A program made the translations under genes and the position numbers. Shown in pieces: positions 9,956 to 18,970 of a stretch of DNA of 64,000 nucleotides. The notes under the pieces are model-generated. The model searched no databases. It was not told where the DNA came from and saw nothing but the letters and a program-made list of their open reading frames with translations. Source of the DNA: a virus. The stretch covers positions 47,419-111,418 of IMG/VR virus record IMGVR_UViG_3300008117_000018. The stretch is one strand, 5' to 3'. Numbering within the stretch: the first letter of the stretch is position 1; the number at the start of each line of letters is the position of its first letter.

Positions 9956-10330
9956 ATGCCAGTAAACTTTAAAGATTTCTACATAGGATATAAAGGTCAT
10001 CCAAGATACGAATCTTCTAAATTTATAGAAGATGATGTAATTAGAGTAATCGTTCAAAAATATGAAATGATAATTTTCACTAACAAAGGTGAGTTATTAG
10101 GTGATCCTAGTTTTGGTGCTGATTTACCGCTATTACTTCATGAGACAAGACTCTCAGAAGATAGTATACAAGGCGATATAAACGCTCAAATATTTGAATA
10201 TATACCTGAAATAAGTAATATACCCTATACTTTAGAGGTCAATATTTATGATGATCCAGAAAGACACCAAGAGTGGATGGAAATTCTTTTTCAGATTAGA
10301 GACTTAGAAGTATACGCAACAGTAATCTAA
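9956..10330 (+). CDS. baseplate wedge protein (gp25 family)
   Basis: IIFTNKGELLGDPSFGADLPLLLHE motif; 124 aa. Confidence 0.8.
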   Translation: MPVNFKDFYIGYKGHPRYESSKFIEDDVIRVIVQKYEMIIFTNKGELLGDPSFGADLPLLLHETRLSEDSIQGDINAQIFEYIPEISNIPYTLEVNIYDDPERHQEWMEILFQIRDLEVYATVI

Positions 10331-10779
10331 TCTACTCTATAACTATTTCTTTGCCAATATCTTTTACCATAACCGACAAATATTTCTTCACCGGAACGAA
10401 TATCTCTATCAGCAACTAAAACAACTTCATCATCATCATTCATTGTTATGATAGAATTATTTTTGAAATTTGAAGAGATACCCTCCGCATCATTTGCAAA
10501 TTTCGCAAAACAAAAAGTTTTCTTACAATCTAATGTTTCACCAGACGGCAACATCATAAAATAATCATCTTCTTTTGCATTTGCTCTTTTTGCGGCCTCT
10601 TCATTTGATATTACTTCACCCATAAATTTTGATATTACTTCACCACATTCTATATCTATAGATGTAAAGAGTCCATTTCCGGAATTTGGAATTTGAGAAG
10701 ACTGTACATATAAAAAATCTTCTTCTGGTAAATCTATTGAGTCGTAATCGAAATTTTCAAAAAATTTAAGATATTTCAT
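10327..10779 (-). CDS. SET-domain protein-lysine methyltransferase
   Basis: SQIPNSGNGLF..I..GE.I..F.G, AKFAND, ADRDIRSGEEIFVGYG..YW. Confidence 0.88.
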   Translation of the reverse strand: MKYLKFFENFDYDSIDLPEEDFLYVQSSQIPNSGNGLFTSIDIECGEVISKFMGEVISNEEAAKRANAKEDDYFMMLPSGETLDCKKTFCFAKFANDAEGISSNFKNNSIITMNDDDEVVLVADRDIRSGEEIFVGYGKRYWQRNSYRVD

Positions 10780-10792
10780 ATACACTTAGGCT

Positions 10793-11407
10793 TTATTTGA
10801 TAGGACAACTTGTGGCTGTCCAGATATATTTATAGTCTCTTTTTATTTTAACTCCTAAACTTTCAGCGGTTGTTACAACATCCTCCAAACACTCACCATC
10901 AGCACCACCAACTATTACTACCTCTCTTCCTTTAAGATCGGTAAGTAATTCATAAAGTTTTTTAGGACAATGAAACCAAACGTGATTGTTGTTGATAAAA
11001 GTAATTATTGTACCTTCTTTTGTTGGAAATATATCACCTTTTTTTAAAGACTTATTTTCTTCCCTTTTGCTAATGTCTTCATATACATTTTTATCTAATA
11101 TTTTCTTGTAAAAATCAGCATCAACATCGTAATTATATCTTTTTTCAATTAATTCTTTTTGATTAGGAAAATGGTACAAATCTTTGTGTATTGGAATTTC
11201 AGGTTCATCTTCATATAAATAATCTTTATCTACGTTTTTACCATCAGGATGATTATCCCAAATTTGATAAACATTATTAAAATTTTTACAATATTTTTTA
11301 AGTTCATTTAGATACATTTCAGAAAAAAACTTTCTGAATGATTTTTGAACATCAACTATTATTAGCGTATCTTCATTATAACTCTCAAAGGTTTTAAGAA
11401 ATCTCAT
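10793..11407 (-). CDS. isochorismatase/cysteine hydrolase-like protein
   Basis: LIIVDVQKSF motif and VVIVGGADGECL putative catalytic Cys motif. Confidence 0.7.
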   Translation of the reverse strand: MRFLKTFESYNEDTLIIVDVQKSFRKFFSEMYLNELKKYCKNFNNVYQIWDNHPDGKNVDKDYLYEDEPEIPIHKDLYHFPNQKELIEKRYNYDVDADFYKKILDKNVYEDISKREENKSLKKGDIFPTKEGTIITFINNNHVWFHCPKKLYELLTDLKGREVVIVGGADGECLEDVVTTAESLGVKIKRDYKYIWTATSCPIK

Positions 11408-11423
11408 AAACTATATATTAAAT

Positions 11424-11449
11424 AAAAAACCCATCATTTCTGATGGGTT
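11424..11449 (-). terminator. intrinsic terminator
   Basis: AACCCATCA-TTTC-TGATGGGTT with A-run (U-tail on minus strand). Confidence 0.7.
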
Positions 11450-11469
11450 ACTTAAATATTTTAATTAGA

Positions 11470-12141
11470 TTAAGCCGGTAGTTCTTCCTCACCCTCTTCC
11501 TCTTCTTGTGCTTGACCCTGTCCTTGTGCTTGACCCTGTCCTTGTGCTTGACCCTGTCCTTGTGCTTGACCCTGTCCTTGTGCTTGACCCTGTCCTTGTG
11601 CTTGAGGTTCTTCAAATTCACCTTCTTGAGCTTGAGCTTGACCTTGTGCTTGACCTTGTCCTTGTGCTTGACCTTGTGGCTGTGCTTGACCTTGTCCTTG
11701 TGCTTGACCTTGTCCTTGTGCTTGACCTTGTCCTTGTGCTTGACCTTGTGGTTGTGCTTGACTTTGTGGCTGTGCTTGACCTTGTGGCTGTGCTTGCATT
11801 TGAGCCTCACCTTCTACTTCAACTTGCGGTTGAGATTGAGATGATTGTCCCTGAGCTTGACCACCCATAAGAGCATTACCTGGAAGCTTTTCAACGTCCA
11901 AATTATTCATATTAATATATTTAACAATTTCCTCGGCGATATCAACATCCCCAAAAAATTGGCGTAAATTCTTACCTGTTGTATCTTTTACTTTTTTAAC
12001 ATAAGCATTGATTAATGACTGAGGAATGTCAATCATTGTCTTAACTTTATAGATATCGTTTACTTGTAAAACAGATTCTTTTATAATCTCTTCTCTGTTT
12101 TTTCTAATACGATAACTTTCAAATGTTCTAATGTGCTTCAT
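11470..12141 (-). CDS. hypothetical protein with Gln/Gly/Ala repeat tail
   Basis: Globular ~90-aa N-terminus, then (QGQAQG)n and an acidic end. Confidence 0.8.
   Translation of the reverse strand: MKHIRTFESYRIRKNREEIIKESVLQVNDIYKVKTMIDIPQSLINAYVKKVKDTTGKNLRQFFGDVDIAEEIVKYINMNNLDVEKLPGNALMGGQAQGQSSQSQPQVEVEGEAQMQAQPQGQAQPQSQAQPQGQAQGQGQAQGQGQAQGQGQAQPQGQAQGQGQAQGQAQAQEGEFEEPQAQGQGQAQGQGQAQGQGQAQGQGQAQGQGQAQEEEEGEEELPA
11506..11795 (-). repeat. 18-bp tandem coding repeat (QGQAQG)
   Basis: TGTGCTTGACC(C/T)TGTCCT-type units in two blocks. Confidence 0.9.
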
Positions 12142-12198
12142 TTTTTAGCTATATTTTTTATAAATTATATATTAAGTAAAAAAAATCATTTTTTTCAC

Positions 12199-12690
12199 TT
12201 ATTTTAGAATAGATAATAATATCAATCCTATTATTCCAGCAACGCCTATACCATAACCAACATTCTTTTTCACCTTTAATCTTGTTATCTCACCTTCCAA
12301 AGTCGTGACTTTAGTATTTAATTCAATTTTCTGATTCTCACACTCGACAGAGAGCCTATTTGCATTGTCTAATCTTTGTTGTAAATTTGAAATAAGTAAA
12401 TCTTTATCAACTAATTGTTCTTTTAACAACTTTACATCTAATTCAAGAAAAGAAATTGTCTTTTTTTGCTCATCTATAACTTTTATATAAGAATTACTAA
12501 GATTATCACAATCCACTATTGCCTTTTCTAAAAGTGATAATATTTCCATATTGTTGTCTAATTTTTGAGCCTGTTCTATAGTCATCACTACAACTTTATT
12601 ACCACTCGAATCAACTTCAATTTTAGGGTAGGTTTGTGAAAAACAAAGTAAGCTAGTAAATAAAACTAATATAGTAAGAACGTGTTTCAT
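12199..12690 (-). CDS. exported coiled-coil protein with C-terminal TM helix (spanin-like candidate)
   Basis: Signal peptide ..LLCFS/Q, long coiled coil, C-terminal hydrophobic helix. Confidence 0.55.
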   Translation of the reverse strand: MKHVLTILVLFTSLLCFSQTYPKIEVDSSGNKVVVMTIEQAQKLDNNMEILSLLEKAIVDCDNLSNSYIKVIDEQKKTISFLELDVKLLKEQLVDKDLLISNLQQRLDNANRLSVECENQKIELNTKVTTLEGEITRLKVKKNVGYGIGVAGIIGLILLSILK

Positions 12691-12694
12691 ATAT

Positions 12695-13111
12695 TCAATT
12701 ATTTTTTAATTTGTCTTTTAAAGAATTTATTAAGTCATCACCTTCTCTTTTTAAAGGATTATCTTTAAGTTTCTGTATTCTTTTTTTTGACTCTTCAAGT
12801 ATTTTTTTATTATCAGATAATTGATTGTTTGCAATTATCAAATTATTTTTTGCCACTCTTAAATCTTTTTCAATATTTTTTATTTTTTCATCCCTATTAG
12901 AGATTATTTTCTGTATAGAAATATAATCTTTTTCCAATTTTTTATTTACTATTTTCAAAGAGTCTCTAATCTTTTCTATTTCTTGAATCTTTCTATCAGA
13001 TTCTTTAATTTTCTTCTTATAATCACTACCTTGCATATACCACATTGTAGCAAAAATGATAGAACTAACAAGTAATGCTAAAGTTATTATTGAATTAACA
13101 TTTAACTTCAT
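12695..13111 (-). CDS. N-terminally anchored coiled-coil protein (i-spanin-like candidate)
   Basis: One N-terminal TM segment followed by a Lys-rich coiled coil. Confidence 0.55.
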   Translation of the reverse strand: MKLNVNSIITLALLVSSIIFATMWYMQGSDYKKKIKESDRKIQEIEKIRDSLKIVNKKLEKDYISIQKIISNRDEKIKNIEKDLRVAKNNLIIANNQLSDNKKILEESKKRIQKLKDNPLKREGDDLINSLKDKLKNN

Positions 13112-13156
13112 AAACTTTAATTTTTTTGATTATATATAATTATAGTTACCTTCAAT

Positions 13157-13187
13157 TTTGATTTAAAAAACAAAATTTGTATTTTTG
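13157..13187 (+). promoter_or_regulatory. Bacteroidota primary-sigma-type promoter (-33/-7)
   Basis: TTTG (13157-13160), 19-nt spacer, TATTTTTG (13180-13187) upstream of the HAD-clpS pair. Confidence 0.7.
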
Positions 13188-13213
13188 TATCAAATTATTT
13201 TAATAAATAAGAA

Positions 13214-13795
13214 ATGTCTAAAACTTTATACTCATTCGATTTTGACGATACTCTTTGTCATACTATGTTACCAGAAAATGGTGAAAAAATCTGGTTTGAA
13301 AAAACTGGAACAAAGTGGCCTTATAGAGGATGGTGGTCAAAACCAGAAACAGTAGACCCTGAAATATTTTTTACTCCAAAGAATGAATGGGTTTATTTAG
13401 AGTATTTAAAAGCCAAAAGAGATGAAGACTCTACAATTATTATGGCAACTGGTAGATTACAAATAGTTCCTAATATGAGAGAAAATATCATAAAAATCTT
13501 AAACCAACATAATTTATCTTTTGATGAAGTTTGGATTATAAATTCCACAGACGAACAACAAAGTGGAAATGGAAAAGATGGAATTTATTTAAATTGGGGC
13601 GGTGATACATTTATGTTTAAAACTACACTTTTTGAAAAACTAATATCTATTACTCAATGCGAACACTTTGTAATGTATGACGATAGACAAGAACACTTAG
13701 GTAGATTTGAAGAGTGGGCATCAACTCAAAATTGTAAAGTAACAATAGTAGACGTTGTAAATAAAAAATCAACAATTATAAACGAAAATATATAA
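13214..13795 (+). CDS. HAD-superfamily hydrolase (Swiss-army-knife RNA-repair HAD-like)
   Basis: FDFDDTL motif I, ATGR motif II, K, MYDDR motif IV; WWSKPET. Confidence 0.8.
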   Translation: MSKTLYSFDFDDTLCHTMLPENGEKIWFEKTGTKWPYRGWWSKPETVDPEIFFTPKNEWVYLEYLKAKRDEDSTIIMATGRLQIVPNMRENIIKILNQHNLSFDEVWIINSTDEQQSGNGKDGIYLNWGGDTFMFKTTLFEKLISITQCEHFVMYDDRQEHLGRFEEWASTQNCKVTIVDVVNKKSTIINENI

Positions 13796-13796
13796 G

Positions 13797-14087
13797 ATGA
13801 ATATGGCAACAATTACAAAAAAGAAAACATCAACAAAAGTTGAAGAATTATTATCTAAACCATATCTTTTGGTTTTACACAATGATGATTATAACACATT
13901 CGACCACGTAATAAATTGTCTGATGAAACACTGCGGTCATGAATTTGAACAAGCGAATCAGTGCGCACATATAGTTCATTTTAATGGTAAATGTGACGTC
14001 AAATATGGAGATTATGACACGATTTCAACTATGAAAGATAAATTGAAAAATGCGGGTCTTTCGGTAACAATGGAGGCTAATTCATAA
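13797..14087 (+). CDS. clpS: ATP-dependent Clp protease adaptor ClpS
   Basis: LVLHNDDYNTFDHVINCL...EQANQCAHIVHFNGKCDVKYG. Confidence 0.9.
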   Translation: MNMATITKKKTSTKVEELLSKPYLLVLHNDDYNTFDHVINCLMKHCGHEFEQANQCAHIVHFNGKCDVKYGDYDTISTMKDKLKNAGLSVTMEANS

Positions 14088-16226
14088 TTATTTTAATCCA
14101 AACCAATTTCCATTATTTCCAACACTTCCTTTAGAACGATTTAAAAATTGTCTTCTAACCTTAAGAACTTGACCATAGTCAACACCCTCGACATAGTCAA
14201 CGTTCTTTAAACAATCATTAATATAGTTAGTCATTGATTTATCCATGTGCCTTGACATCCAGTCCTCACACATTTCCTTGAACTCATTTTTACCAAAAAA
14301 AGATGTTGTGTTTACAATAGTCATAACTGTGTCATCATGACCGACATCGGCTGCATATTTTATATTACCAGCGTTTGTAGTATGTTTAACAAAAGTAGTA
14401 ATTTCTCTAATTGTATCTTCATTATTAATATAGAAAGATTTCGATGTCATCAAGTCTTGGTAATCTTTTACTAATAAATTTTTATTTTCTCCAACCTTTA
14501 ATCCTATTTTTTCTTCGTTAGAGTCTGCTCTGTGTTTATATCTTACAAATACAGATGAGCCATAATTATTATTACCATCAAAAACTTGTGGCATCTCGGC
14601 TAATAATGTATTACCATAATTATTTAATTCTAATACAACTTTACAATTTTCCGGATTCAAATATTCAAAAACTAGAAGGTATAATAACTCGGCTAATTGT
14701 TTTACAGAAACTAAATTACTTCTATATATTCCAACTTGTTCTAATCTAAAAAAATCAACTAAGGATTTATAAGAATTTTTTTGAGATTCTATTGTGTCTT
14801 TGGTTTTACTATTTAATTTAAAAATATTAATAACTGAATAATCTTGTCCCAGACCCTCTGAGATATCGACCGAGATTACAAATCTATACTCCTTTCTTCT
14901 TAGTGGAATATAAACGTCATCGTCGTCTATCCAGATTAAATCTTTATAACTAAATTTTATCTTTCTTTCAAACTCAGACAATTCTTCCCATTCATAATTT
15001 CTTTTATTATTAGTAAGATCATTAATTATAGCCTCATTTAATAATGATTTAGAAGCATTAATAAATCTAAGTCCATATTCCTGGTTAAAAGCATCCTCTC
15101 CACCAATATCCTTTATCGCCTCTTCTTTCCATGTAGTTATCTCAGCTAATGATAATAGAGGTATTTCATAATCTTTATCATTTTTCAACGTAAAAGTCTT
15201 AATTTCTTGATCTGAACAAGCATCATTATTATAAATGGATATAACATCTTTTTGTAAGTCAGTATTCCAATACATCTCTACTTTGGTGAGATGACCCCAT
15301 TTAGATTTAATAATATCAAAAACATCTTCTTTTTTCAAACCATTATCAAATAACTGATGATTATTTAATCTTACATAAGTTACAAATCTACCCGGCACTT
15401 GATACCAGTATACCCTCATTGGTTTATAGTTGTTTTTTAATGGATCACCCTGAGGTCTCTCAGCATCTGTAAGTAATTTATGAAACAAATTCATACCATT
15501 TGGAGTTGATGTAATTATAATTTTAGAATTTTGAACAGCGGCTGTTGTAGGAAATGCAGCGGTGTAATATGGCTCTATTATATTAGATGGTATATGGGCA
15601 AACTCATCTAAGTAAAGCACATCTATTGTAAAACCAATAGCAGGTGTTTTAGTTCTAGCAGATGTTTTGATTCGACAACCATTCTCAAATGTCAGCGATT
15701 TTTGATTCCAAGTTTTTATACCTGGTTTTAAAAAAAATGGTAGTAGTGAATAAATTGACTTTATCTTATCAACAATTTCAACAGCAGTATCACCTTTATT
15801 AGCAACTATCATTATGTTTTTATCGTTATCAAATAAAATTTTATGCAACATGAAAATTGCAGAAGATATTGTTTTACCAACCTGCCTTGATGCCATTAAT
15901 ATATTAAATCTATTATTAATAAAATTATCAAGTATCTCTTTTTGATAATCTCTTAAAAGTATATTACCTATACTACCATCTTCTCTTTTTACTTTACAAT
16001 ATTTCTCAACAAAATAATGCACATCTAATGCACATCTAACATATTCCTGTTGCTCATCTGGTGTCATTCTGAAAGTCACACCTGATCTTCTTAATCCAAC
16101 TTCACTTTTCAACCAAGGATTTTGATATCGCTTTACAACAATACCATCATTTATTTTATCTGTTGCCTCATCTACTAATTTAGTAGTAAATATCATTTGT
16201 TTTTCTTGAGCTTCATTAAAAGCCAT
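14088..16226 (-). CDS. terminase large subunit (T4 gp17-like)
   Basis: LRDYQ, ASRQVGKT, LDEFAHI, IITSTPNG, VDISEGLGQDYS, HDDTVM. Confidence 0.95.
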   Translation of the reverse strand: MAFNEAQEKQMIFTTKLVDEATDKINDGIVVKRYQNPWLKSEVGLRRSGVTFRMTPDEQQEYVRCALDVHYFVEKYCKVKREDGSIGNILLRDYQKEILDNFINNRFNILMASRQVGKTISSAIFMLHKILFDNDKNIMIVANKGDTAVEIVDKIKSIYSLLPFFLKPGIKTWNQKSLTFENGCRIKTSARTKTPAIGFTIDVLYLDEFAHIPSNIIEPYYTAAFPTTAAVQNSKIIITSTPNGMNLFHKLLTDAERPQGDPLKNNYKPMRVYWYQVPGRFVTYVRLNNHQLFDNGLKKEDVFDIIKSKWGHLTKVEMYWNTDLQKDVISIYNNDACSDQEIKTFTLKNDKDYEIPLLSLAEITTWKEEAIKDIGGEDAFNQEYGLRFINASKSLLNEAIINDLTNNKRNYEWEELSEFERKIKFSYKDLIWIDDDDVYIPLRRKEYRFVISVDISEGLGQDYSVINIFKLNSKTKDTIESQKNSYKSLVDFFRLEQVGIYRSNLVSVKQLAELLYLLVFEYLNPENCKVVLELNNYGNTLLAEMPQVFDGNNNYGSSVFVRYKHRADSNEEKIGLKVGENKNLLVKDYQDLMTSKSFYINNEDTIREITTFVKHTTNAGNIKYAADVGHDDTVMTIVNTTSFFGKNEFKEMCEDWMSRHMDKSMTNYINDCLKNVDYVEGVDYGQVLKVRRQFLNRSKGSVGNNGNWFGLK

Positions 16227-16270
16227 ACAGAGAAGTTATTTTTTATATATATTGCAAAAACCGAATCTCT

Positions 16271-16915
16271 ATGTCTAAATCAGAAAATGAAAGAAATAGA
16301 ATTAAAGACGAATTTGACCAAATTCAATCAGAAGGTGGTGATTTTGATATATCAAAGCATTTAGCATCACCGGATGATTTACCGGATCTAGGCGAAATTG
16401 AAATATATGACTACGATTCGGACTTAACAGCCTCTTCACATCAGTCAATGGATGTATTAGAATCTCTTGTAGATTTGTATCTCAGTGATGTACCTCAACT
16501 AAAAGAACATCCTTACATAAAAAATAAAATGAAAGAAGACGCAACAGTCTACGCTGAGGCTATTTTTTTATCTAAAATGACGAGAAAAAACTTTTTAAAT
16601 CAACTAAGACAAGTTGATAATGGTGATAATTCAGCCAGAATGCATGAAGTTGTCAATCAAACCATAGGACAAATTAGAGAAAATTCTAAATTTTTATCAG
16701 GACAAAGAACCGAATTAGAAAAATTCTATAAAACATTAAGAAAGGATTTAGGATTAAATGACATAGAAAATCCAGAAGTAATAAAATCACAAAATATTAC
16801 CGAGGAGAACAACCCAGAAAACCAAAATGGTGAGATTTTTGACAACAGAAAGTTAAACGATTTAATAAAATCAGCAATGATAGCAAAAGATCAAGATAAC
16901 AAAAAGAAAGACTAA
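16271..16915 (+). CDS. putative terminase small subunit (gp16-like)
   Basis: NSARMHEVVNQTI resembles the gp16 PRAYEV..QLI motif; adjacent to the large subunit. Confidence 0.55.
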   Translation: MSKSENERNRIKDEFDQIQSEGGDFDISKHLASPDDLPDLGEIEIYDYDSDLTASSHQSMDVLESLVDLYLSDVPQLKEHPYIKNKMKEDATVYAEAIFLSKMTRKNFLNQLRQVDNGDNSARMHEVVNQTIGQIRENSKFLSGQRTELEKFYKTLRKDLGLNDIENPEVIKSQNITEENNPENQNGEIFDNRKLNDLIKSAMIAKDQDNKKKD

Positions 16916-17763
16916 TACCTGTATTTAAAACTCTCAAACGTTTTTACTATGTTTGAAAATTTTATTGGGACTTTTGTTTCTTGAATAGGATTTGCGAGAT
17001 TGTGTGTGACTTGTTTTACAAAAATAAAATGTTCCTGTGATTTCAAATCACTTTTTATGACTGAAACTAAATCTTTATCTGTGTTTGAAATTAAAAAATC
17101 AAACATTTGAGCAGAATTTTTAGCCAATTCTATAACCTTGACCTCATCATCATAAAAATAAACATTTTGATATTTTTTTATGTCTTCTTCTATAAATTTA
17201 TTATCATCTGTTTTTTTTCCTATCAAATGTTGTATCAATAATCTAACTTTTTTATGAGTGATATAATCAGTGTCTCTATTATAAAAAGTCTCTGATAGAT
17301 AATAGAATTTTTCTATTTTTAGACCAAGTTCAGATAATTTTACATTCAATTTTTTTATTATAGGTAAATAGTTATTTTCTGAATTCTTTGAACATATCAC
17401 ATAAATATCATCGTTTGTATTCTTTAGATGTTGAAAATTATGTAATAATATAGAATGTTCTAAGTTATCAATTATTTCAGAATTCATGAACTCCTGCATT
17501 GAAAATGCCAAACTTGTAATATCAACTCTATGGTTCTTACACTTTATTTTAATATCATTATATAAATTTTCAGGTAACCAATAGTCTATATTTGAAATCT
17601 TTAAAGGTGTATTATATTTTCTATAAACTCCTTTTTTTATAAGGTTGAACTCTGAAGTAGTAATTTTTATTATAGGATACTTAGGATTTGTTTTACTAAC
17701 AATCCAAACATCACTTTTAACTGATATTAAAACATCTAAATCAAAAAAATGTGCTGATTTCAT
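16912..17763 (-). CDS. HAD-fold hypothetical protein
   Basis: HFFDLD N-terminal motif and VYFYDD motif. Confidence 0.55.
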   Translation of the reverse strand: MKSAHFFDLDVLISVKSDVWIVSKTNPKYPIIKITTSEFNLIKKGVYRKYNTPLKISNIDYWLPENLYNDIKIKCKNHRVDITSLAFSMQEFMNSEIIDNLEHSILLHNFQHLKNTNDDIYVICSKNSENNYLPIIKKLNVKLSELGLKIEKFYYLSETFYNRDTDYITHKKVRLLIQHLIGKKTDDNKFIEEDIKKYQNVYFYDDEVKVIELAKNSAQMFDFLISNTDKDLVSVIKSDLKSQEHFIFVKQVTHNLANPIQETKVPIKFSNIVKTFESFKYRY

Positions 17764-18011
17764 GACTTATAATTAGTTACTCTATATTTTATTGGAAATG
17801 GACCACTAGCAAATGGATCATCTTCATATTGTCTTTCTTCCCACGAAACACCACCACTTAACTCTGTATTAAAACTTTTACATTTAGGACAATAGGGTGG
17901 TTCAATTTTTACTATCTCACCGGTCTCATCACTTTCAACCATATCATTTTCTGTAAAATAAAATTGAGCTTTACACCAAGCATTTTGACAAATTTTAGGT
18001 ATCATTTCCAT
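17760..18011 (-). CDS. small zinc-binding protein
   Basis: CQNAWC...CPKC; start placed at MEMIPK just after a TATATATA motif. Confidence 0.6.
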   Translation of the reverse strand: MEMIPKICQNAWCKAQFYFTENDMVESDETGEIVKIEPPYCPKCKSFNTELSGGVSWEERQYEDDPFASGPFPIKYRVTNYKS

Positions 18012-18039
18012 AATGTATATATAAAAAAAATTAGTTACT

Positions 18040-18068
18040 AAAAAGCCTCTCAAACGAGAGGCTTTTTT
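18040..18068. terminator. intrinsic terminator
   Basis: AAAAAGCCTCTC-AAAC-GAGAGGCTTTTT. Confidence 0.8.
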
Positions 18069-18522
18069 ATCTTATTAAGTTTTTACTTACCGCAAAATCA
18101 TAAAGTATAGGCAAATTCAAATATTTTATAAAATTGTCTCTTATCTCATATAATTTTTTTGATCTTTTTATAGTGTTAACTATTATAAAACCAAACTCTT
18201 CTTGAAAATCTAAATAAGCCTCACACCATGGTCTGTTATAATGTTCTAAAACTCTCCATTCATTATAACCACCAGTCAACCAAAATAAACTTTTTTCTGG
18301 TATTATGTCTTCAATATTCACATCTTGTATTTCTAAATTCCAGATATCACTTTTAAAATCAACTTCTCTCATCATTATTGCCACGGCCTCTGCTAAATCC
18401 TGCGTCATCTCTTTACCAATTTCAAAGAAAAAAACAGAATTATTTTTACTTACTTTTACTTTACCATCAGAAAAAATTGTTTTTGATGGGTCGTTTTCAA
18501 GTAATAACTTTTTCTTCTTCAT
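18067..18522 (-). CDS. hypothetical protein
   Basis: 151-aa ORF (true start may be a few codons upstream or downstream). Confidence 0.65.
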   Translation of the reverse strand: MKKKKLLLENDPSKTIFSDGKVKVSKNNSVFFFEIGKEMTQDLAEAVAIMMREVDFKSDIWNLEIQDVNIEDIIPEKSLFWLTGGYNEWRVLEHYNRPWCEAYLDFQEEFGFIIVNTIKRSKKLYEIRDNFIKYLNLPILYDFAVSKNLIR

Positions 18523-18531
18523 AACAAATTA

Positions 18532-18825
18532 TTATTTTTTGTTTAGTCTAATACCACTATTCCATACACCATTAAAATAGCCGTCTTCAAAAATTCCATT
18601 CAACCAATTACCATAAAATCCACCATTTTTAAATATACCATATAACCAATCCCCATTCATAAAAATACCCTCATGCCAAATCAGTGTGTTATTATGAATT
18701 TCAACTATAGCCTTATCGACCTCAGCATCTATTAACCAATAAAATTTCAGTGACTTTAGTATATTTATGATTTCTCTTTGGTTAGTATAAGTTTTTCCAT
18801 TATACTTTAATTCTAAAAATTCCAT
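18532..18825 (-). CDS. hypothetical protein with G-x-(F/W)-x-x pentapeptide repeats
   Basis: WHEGIFMNGDWLYGIFKNGGFYGNWLNGIFEDGYFNGVWNSG. Confidence 0.65.
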   Translation of the reverse strand: MEFLELKYNGKTYTNQREIINILKSLKFYWLIDAEVDKAIVEIHNNTLIWHEGIFMNGDWLYGIFKNGGFYGNWLNGIFEDGYFNGVWNSGIRLNKK

Positions 18826-18934
18826 AATAAATAATAAATTATAAGTTATATATTCTGTAATTTTTATCAAATATTTGTTAGGTGTGGATTTTTTAAAAAA
18901 TTCAAAGATTTATTAAAAAAAAATTATTTTAAAT

Positions 18935-18964
18935 AAAAAAAACCGAGTTTTTACTCGGTTTTTT
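18935..18964. terminator. intrinsic terminator
   Basis: A-run CCGAGT-TTTT-ACTCGG T-run. Confidence 0.8.
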
Positions 18965-18970
18965 ACAATT

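Noticed and set aside
11506-11795. Possible CRISPR array or DGR template repeat
   Set aside because: Repeats here and at 20222 and 46256 are contiguous in-frame coding repeats with no unique spacers; no cas or reverse transcriptase gene in the window.
11448-11870. ORFs 11448..11810, 11506..11844 and 11508..11870
   Set aside because: Alternative-frame shadows of the stop-free 18-bp QGQAQG repeat.
15132-15386. Intein in terminase
   Set aside because: No splice-junction residues or homing endonuclease motifs, and short for a mini-intein.
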